DNA of 50,602 bases from a virus (lineage: Duplodnaviria; Caudoviricetes). Both the position numbers and the translations under genes were made by a program. Positions 46,260 through 50,602 of the stretch are shown piece by piece. The stretch is from positions 1 through 50,602 of the IMG/VR virus record IMGVR_UViG_3300048583_000524. One strand, written 5' to 3'. The notes below the pieces were generated by a model that saw only the letters and a list, made by a program, of their open reading frames with translations, ran no database searches and was not told the origin of the DNA. Position 1 is the first letter of the stretch. Every line of letters starts with the position of its first letter.

Positions 46260-47413
46260 TAGAAGCACAAAACCTTTGGAGCAAGATTAAAGCCCAGGCC
46301 GCTATAGATGTCGACCTAACTTTTGTGCGTGATAGCAGCCTGCCAATAGGTGCTTATAAAATACATGGGCCTTTGGTGGTGCATTGTAGTACAGATGATG
46401 AACCGGGAGCCGTATATGCGGTTGCTCGTATTGCTGCGGAGATGGGTTTCGCAATGCATCAGCCGGGGGTAATTACCCGCGAATCTGTGAAGCCTTTTAC
46501 CGATTGGAAGATTGATTATGTGCCGCAGTATGATATCCTTCACTTGGATAACAAAGTGCCTGGTAAGTTGAAGCCTTGGTTTCATTGGCACCATGTGCCT
46601 ACAGTGCCGCTCGACGAAAGTTACCACCGTAGCTGGTGGATACAGTTCCCACATAGGTATCCTAAAATTGCAAGTGGGGTTACCCGATGCAATATTCTAC
46701 ATGAACAATTTCCAATCATTGTTTACCAGGATTGGCTTGAAAGGCGCAAACCTGAAACAGTAAGTCTATTTGAAGTGGATGGAACCGGATATGCCTGGGC
46801 AGCAAATGTAATTTCCACGCCCGCTGGTTTAAATGCCTTTGAAAAGGAATGCTGGGATAAGACAATTGCGATCGGCGCTCGCACAGACAAGCCTTTAGGC
46901 ACGCGGGTTTCAAGGGCAGGGAAAGTAATGTATTATACACAACGTGCTGCTGATGCCATCAATTCGCTACCCTATAACGATAACAGCGATCGGCCAAAGG
47001 TGAACTATACCGACTTATATGTAAGGGCCTACAAGGCCATTGAAGCCTGTTTCCATGCGCACGGTGAGCGGCCACGGTTTCGCGTTCTGGCATATGCGTG
47101 CTACTTCAAAGCGCCCGCATTCGTTAATATGAGCGGCTTTGATGTGCATTACGTTTCGCCCGGCGCTGGAGCCTGGACACGCGAGCTTATGGAAGCTGAC
47201 CTGCTGAACTGGCAGGCCTGGAAACTTACTGGCGCAAAAATGATATGGCGCCCAAACCTATGGTTAAATAACAACCTGCCCGATATGGGGCTGGTTACTG
47301 AATTTATAAAGCGTGCGCGGCCCGATGGGCTGGTATGCGCTACAAATTATCGGGCTGAGCTTAATAGCAGCTTGTATGCTATTTTTAAGGCATTGCAGGG
47401 TTTGTTTCAATAA
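46256..47413 (+). CDS. DUF4838-like putative carbohydrate-active protein
   Basis: ATG at 46256 (ATGA overlap); GAVYAVARIAAEMGF (GH20/GH67-like N-domain), LAYACYFKAP, WRPN. Confidence 0.5.
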   Translation: MIEAQNLWSKIKAQAAIDVDLTFVRDSSLPIGAYKIHGPLVVHCSTDDEPGAVYAVARIAAEMGFAMHQPGVITRESVKPFTDWKIDYVPQYDILHLDNKVPGKLKPWFHWHHVPTVPLDESYHRSWWIQFPHRYPKIASGVTRCNILHEQFPIIVYQDWLERRKPETVSLFEVDGTGYAWAANVISTPAGLNAFEKECWDKTIAIGARTDKPLGTRVSRAGKVMYYTQRAADAINSLPYNDNSDRPKVNYTDLYVRAYKAIEACFHAHGERPRFRVLAYACYFKAPAFVNMSGFDVHYVSPGAGAWTRELMEADLLNWQAWKLTGAKMIWRPNLWLNNNLPDMGLVTEFIKRARPDGLVCATNYRAELNSSLYAIFKALQGLFQ

Positions 47414-47448
47414 AGAATGTTTTTCTCATAAGCAGTTAGTTTTGGTTC

Positions 47449-47470
47449 GGCCTGGGTTTCTACCCGGGCC
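47449..47470 (+). terminator. GC-rich hairpin (terminator or sRNA element)
   Basis: GGCCTGGGT-ttct-ACCCGGGCC. Confidence 0.55.
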
Positions 47471-47484
47471 CTTACTTTTGCTCT

Positions 47485-47694
47485 ATGATACGTACAGAAG
47501 AAACCGAAGCTTTAAAACACCGCATATCCATTATAAAGGATAAAATTGAACTAAAGAAGCAAGGCTTCTTTGAATTTGGAAGTACACTTGAACAGTTGGA
47601 AGCATCCCTTTCCTATGAACAATCACAATTAGAATTGGCCATTCAGATGGCTGATAAAAATAATTTTGAAGAAGACTTTGAATTTCCAATATGA
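47485..47694 (+). CDS. Hypothetical coiled-coil protein
   Basis: 69 aa; exact TACTTTTG -7 element at 47473-47480, so possibly leaderless. Confidence 0.6.
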   Translation: MIRTEETEALKHRISIIKDKIELKKQGFFEFGSTLEQLEASLSYEQSQLELAIQMADKNNFEEDFEFPI

Positions 47695-47737
47695 TAAATT
47701 ACCTTTATGGTTGTTTAAGGGTTTAGGGTTTTGAATT

Positions 47738-47769
47738 CCCCAGGTGTCTACCCGGGGTTTTTCTTTTTC
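47738..47769 (+). terminator. Intrinsic terminator
   Basis: CCCCAGGT-gtct-ACCCGGGG followed by long T-run. Confidence 0.75.
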
Positions 47770-47775
47770 AAAGCC

Positions 47776-47796
47776 ATGGTTCGTGTGGCACGAACC
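47776..47796. repeat. REP-like palindrome, copy 1
   Basis: ATGGTTCGTG-tgg-CACGAACC; related copy at 50277-50308. Confidence 0.6.
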
Positions 47797-47858
47797 TACC
47801 ATAAACATCCGCAATTTATTAACACATAACGCCTTACTTTACATTTAAAGGCAACAAG

Positions 47859-48037
47859 GTTATTTTTAAAGAGTTTGGTGGGATATATCATTCGGTTAAT
47901 AAAGAACATTTGCAGGCTTACATAAATGAATTTACTTTGCGGTTTAATATCAATAAATTCATAATTAAGGATGGGCTTGATCTCGTTTGGCGAATGTTAC
48001 AGATAAAAGAATGACCTATGAAAGCCTAATAAATTAA
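47859..48037 (+). pseudogene. IS1595-family transposase C-terminal remnant
   Basis: GIYHSVNKEHLQAYINEFTLRFN, then after a frameshift DKRMTYESLIN*. Confidence 0.8.
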
Positions 48038-48168
48038 TGATGAAACTTAACTTACAGGGAAAGGAAATATCTATTTTGCAGGTTGGCAACCAGGTTTTTG
48101 TCAGCCTTTCTGATATTGTAAAAGGATGCAAGTGTCACAGATCACCTAAAAAACAGGAGGCAGAATAG
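48037..48168 (+). pseudogene. KilA-N domain N-terminal remnant
   Basis: MMKLNLQGKEISILQVGNQVFVSLSDIVKG, then early stop. Confidence 0.55.
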
Positions 48169-48315
48169 CAATTCTGTTAAAGATTTAATGGATGGGAATG
48201 TTATTAATAGCTCAATTACCAGCTTATTGACAGCTAAAATAAACTTGAAAAAAATAATTTTGGACAACAACTAAAAGGATTAGCGAGTACAATCAACCTA
48301 AAAAGGAAATTAATA

Positions 48316-49287
48316 ATGGCCGACAAAAAAAAATCAACAAAAATAATAGCCCAGCCTTACCAAAGAATAAGTGATGATAAAGATAAATTTTATGGATTCT
48401 TAGATGAATCTAAATTGGTTTCGCATAAAACAGAAAGGCTTTCGATTGTTGATCTAAGTAAGTTAGTTATAGAAGCCATTGAATACGCTAATAAGAAATC
48501 CAGCCGAGAATTGCTTGAAATCCCGGCATTAATCACTGACCAGAAGCTGAAAGAGTTTTATGTAAAGAAAGGTAGGGAGTTATTTAAATATTTTGTAAGG
48601 TATTGCGGAGATCCAGCATCTACAGCATATGATTGTTTAAATAAACACTATTCTAATGTGGCAAAAGATAATTTCAGAAACAATCTTATTCAGAAAGGTA
48701 GAATGAACTCAGGATGGCGTTATCAGCATATCGCTAAAGATGCTGCCAGATTATCTAATAGGTTCGATTCAGTTTCTGACCTAAATTTAAAAGAAGCAGA
48801 CTTCAATGCAGTCCTGCGATACATAGAATCAAAGGATAAGATTAGCATTTATGTTTCAATGAAAAATCGCAGCAATACGATGGGCGGTCAGGATTGGCCT
48901 AAGGCAATTCACGCATTAGAATCAGCAGCGAATAATGATAAAAACAGGGGTGGAAATTATATATGTGTATTTGGCATTGCAATGGAAAAGGGACAGAGAT
49001 TTATAAAGGTAAGCAGGGAAACAGGGTTGCCCATTTCCTACAATACAGAAGTGTGGCTGTCTGATTACTTTTGGCCATTTTTTACAAATTTTACTTATGA
49101 AGAAATTGCCAAAACGGTACTAGATGTCTTAATTAAAGATGGGAGACAATCAAGTTTTGATATAGAGATACCAGAATTAGTAATAGAATCATTTGGAATC
49201 GAATGCAATAAATATTCTTTAATTGATACCAACGGAAACTTTAATGATGCTCACAGATTGGTTGACTTATTTACTGGAACATTATGA
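48316..49287 (+). CDS. Putative type II restriction endonuclease
   Basis: EADF...VSMKNRSNTM PD-(D/E)XK-like core; ATGA-coupled to a methyltransferase; AT-rich. Confidence 0.7.
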   Translation: MADKKKSTKIIAQPYQRISDDKDKFYGFLDESKLVSHKTERLSIVDLSKLVIEAIEYANKKSSRELLEIPALITDQKLKEFYVKKGRELFKYFVRYCGDPASTAYDCLNKHYSNVAKDNFRNNLIQKGRMNSGWRYQHIAKDAARLSNRFDSVSDLNLKEADFNAVLRYIESKDKISIYVSMKNRSNTMGGQDWPKAIHALESAANNDKNRGGNYICVFGIAMEKGQRFIKVSRETGLPISYNTEVWLSDYFWPFFTNFTYEEIAKTVLDVLIKDGRQSSFDIEIPELVIESFGIECNKYSLIDTNGNFNDAHRLVDLFTGTL

Positions 49288-50159
49288 ACAACAATAAACA
49301 ACATTTGGATATTTGGGAAGGTGATGCGAGAAAGATATTAAAGGATAACTATCCAGATGGATTTTTTAATCTAATAGTTACTTCTCCCCCTTATGCGGAT
49401 GCAAGAAAAAAGCATTATGACAGCATAAGCACAAAAGAATATCCTGACTTTTTTAAAACTTTCCATGATGAACTGTGGAGGGTCTTAAAGGATGACGGAT
49501 CTTTTATATTAAACATAAAGGACAAGGTTATAGACGGAGTTCGAGATAGGTATGTTTGGAAAACCGTAATGATGCTTAGTGAATTGGGGTGGAGATGTGT
49601 AGACGATTATGTATGGCTAAAGCCCAATGCTATGCCTGGATATTGGCCAAATCGTTTGCGGGATGAATGGGAGTATTGTTTTCATTTTACAAAGCAGACA
49701 AAATTTAAAATGTATCAAAATTCAGTAAAAAAACCCATTGGTGGTTGGGCACCAAAAAGGCTTGAAAAACTAACAGGTAAAAGTGCAGAAAGGCACAACA
49801 GTGAAAACGAGAGTGGTTTTGGTAGAGATTTGCGTAAATGGGTTAATAAGGATTTGGTCTTGCCTGGGAATACGATTTCTGTACCTTTAGTAGGTAAGGA
49901 TATGGGGCATCCGGCTGTTTTCCCTACAGGATTGCCTGACTTTTTTATAAAATTATTTACGACGGATGGTGATAATGTATTAGACCCGTTCGGAGGTAGT
50001 GGCTCTACGGGACTTTCCGGGATCGAATTAAATAGAAATGTCGTTTTAATTGATAACAATAAAAAATATATAGAAACTATGAAATCCAGACTAGGAAAGT
50101 ATGCACCTATTGTTCATTCGCCATCTATAAATAAGAAAAAAGATTCCAAAGCAGCATAG
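49284..50159 (+). CDS. Beta-class amino DNA methyltransferase (likely N4-cytosine)
   Basis: TSPPY (IV) precedes HPAVFP and VLDPFGGSGST (I). Confidence 0.93.
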   Translation: MNNNKQHLDIWEGDARKILKDNYPDGFFNLIVTSPPYADARKKHYDSISTKEYPDFFKTFHDELWRVLKDDGSFILNIKDKVIDGVRDRYVWKTVMMLSELGWRCVDDYVWLKPNAMPGYWPNRLRDEWEYCFHFTKQTKFKMYQNSVKKPIGGWAPKRLEKLTGKSAERHNSENESGFGRDLRKWVNKDLVLPGNTISVPLVGKDMGHPAVFPTGLPDFFIKLFTTDGDNVLDPFGGSGSTGLSGIELNRNVVLIDNNKKYIETMKSRLGKYAPIVHSPSINKKKDSKAA

Positions 50160-50276
50160 ACTTTTTAAGTCTCATAACCATTTGTTTTGACCCATATGCG
50201 GAGTTGAGATGCAATCTTATTCTAAAGGAACAATGACGTCAAACATATTAATAATTGCAAAGCAATAAAACTCCTA

Positions 50277-50308
50277 CGTTATGGTTCGTGTCCCCACGAT
50301 CCATAACG
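50277..50308. repeat. REP-like palindrome, copy 2
   Basis: CGTTATGGTTCGTG-tccc-CACGATCCATAACG. Confidence 0.6.
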
Positions 50309-50329
50309 CGCCAGCCAGTTTTGTTATTC

Positions 50330-50602
50330 CTACTCAATTTCTTTAAATTCCTTACAGATAAACCAATCTCTCCTTAATTTCTTTGAATAGATGATATGAT
50401 AGGCTCTTTCAAATAGTTCATCATATGTAAGTATGTCAATATTTCGATTATTACGTCTAAATCGTTCAAACGTTTTATTTTTAAGCAAATTATTATCATC
50501 AAGTGAATCTGTCGGAAATTCTTGCCTTTTGTTTCCAATTAGGAAAATAGTTTTTGGGTCTATTCATTCTATTTGATTTTTGTCAAGCCTTTTTCCTTCT
50601 TT
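50330..50602 (-). pseudogene. sduA: 3' end of Shedu (DUF4263) anti-phage nuclease gene with in-frame stop (partial)
   Basis: IDPKTIFLIG...FERFRRNNRNIDILTYDELFERA; TGA at 50566-50564 interrupts the frame. Confidence 0.7.

Larger units (their letters stand above)
1..47770. mobile_element. Siphovirus-like prophage of a Bacteroidota host (left end outside window, right end approximate)
   Basis: Contiguous replication, terminase, tail, head and lysis modules; phage-like genes end at a terminator near 47,760, followed by IS remnants and defence genes; no att site identified. Confidence 0.9.

Noticed and set aside
668-50059. Numerous antisense or nested ORFs in the six-frame track (e.g. 2323-2934, 11667-12194, 36167-36733, 49715-50059)
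   Set aside because: They shadow well-supported genes and have no recognisable motifs
1-50602. Alternative genetic code (stop-codon reassignment)
   Set aside because: Phage genes are full-length under code 11 and end in all three stops; the only in-frame TGA noticed is in the Shedu-like fragment

Overview
Almost the whole window (1 to about 47,770) is a long-tailed, siphovirus-like prophage of a Bacteroidota host. The host is inferred from TAnnTTTG-type promoters, A-rich start contexts without Shine-Dalgarno sites, and gene families; Chitinophagaceae is only a guess. No integrase, repressor or attL is visible, so the left end lies outside the window. Gene order: early/replication genes (ParB, HNH, SNF2 helicase, initiator with internal iterons, helicase-loader ATPase, RuvC-like resolvase); ParB-methyltransferase and terminase; a 4.8-kb minus-strand block of small accessory genes; a tail module with a -1 frameshift chaperone and tape measure; a head module (ClpP, capsid, portal); fibres; lysis genes (holin, unimolecular spanin, amidase); and a three-gene cassette resembling the RcGTA head-spike base/fibre pair with carbohydrate-active domains. 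To the right is defence-island DNA: IS1595 and KilA-N remnants, a type II R-M pair, and the 3' end of a Shedu-like gene with an in-frame stop. The most notable observations are the head-spike/depolymerase cassette, a TAGTA-N5-TACTA palindrome at three operon starts, a hairpin-rich candidate ncRNA before the terminase genes, and a 52-aa Cys-rich ORF missing from the ORF track with an overlapping antisense RNA. All family assignments come from motif recognition by eye, not from database searches.
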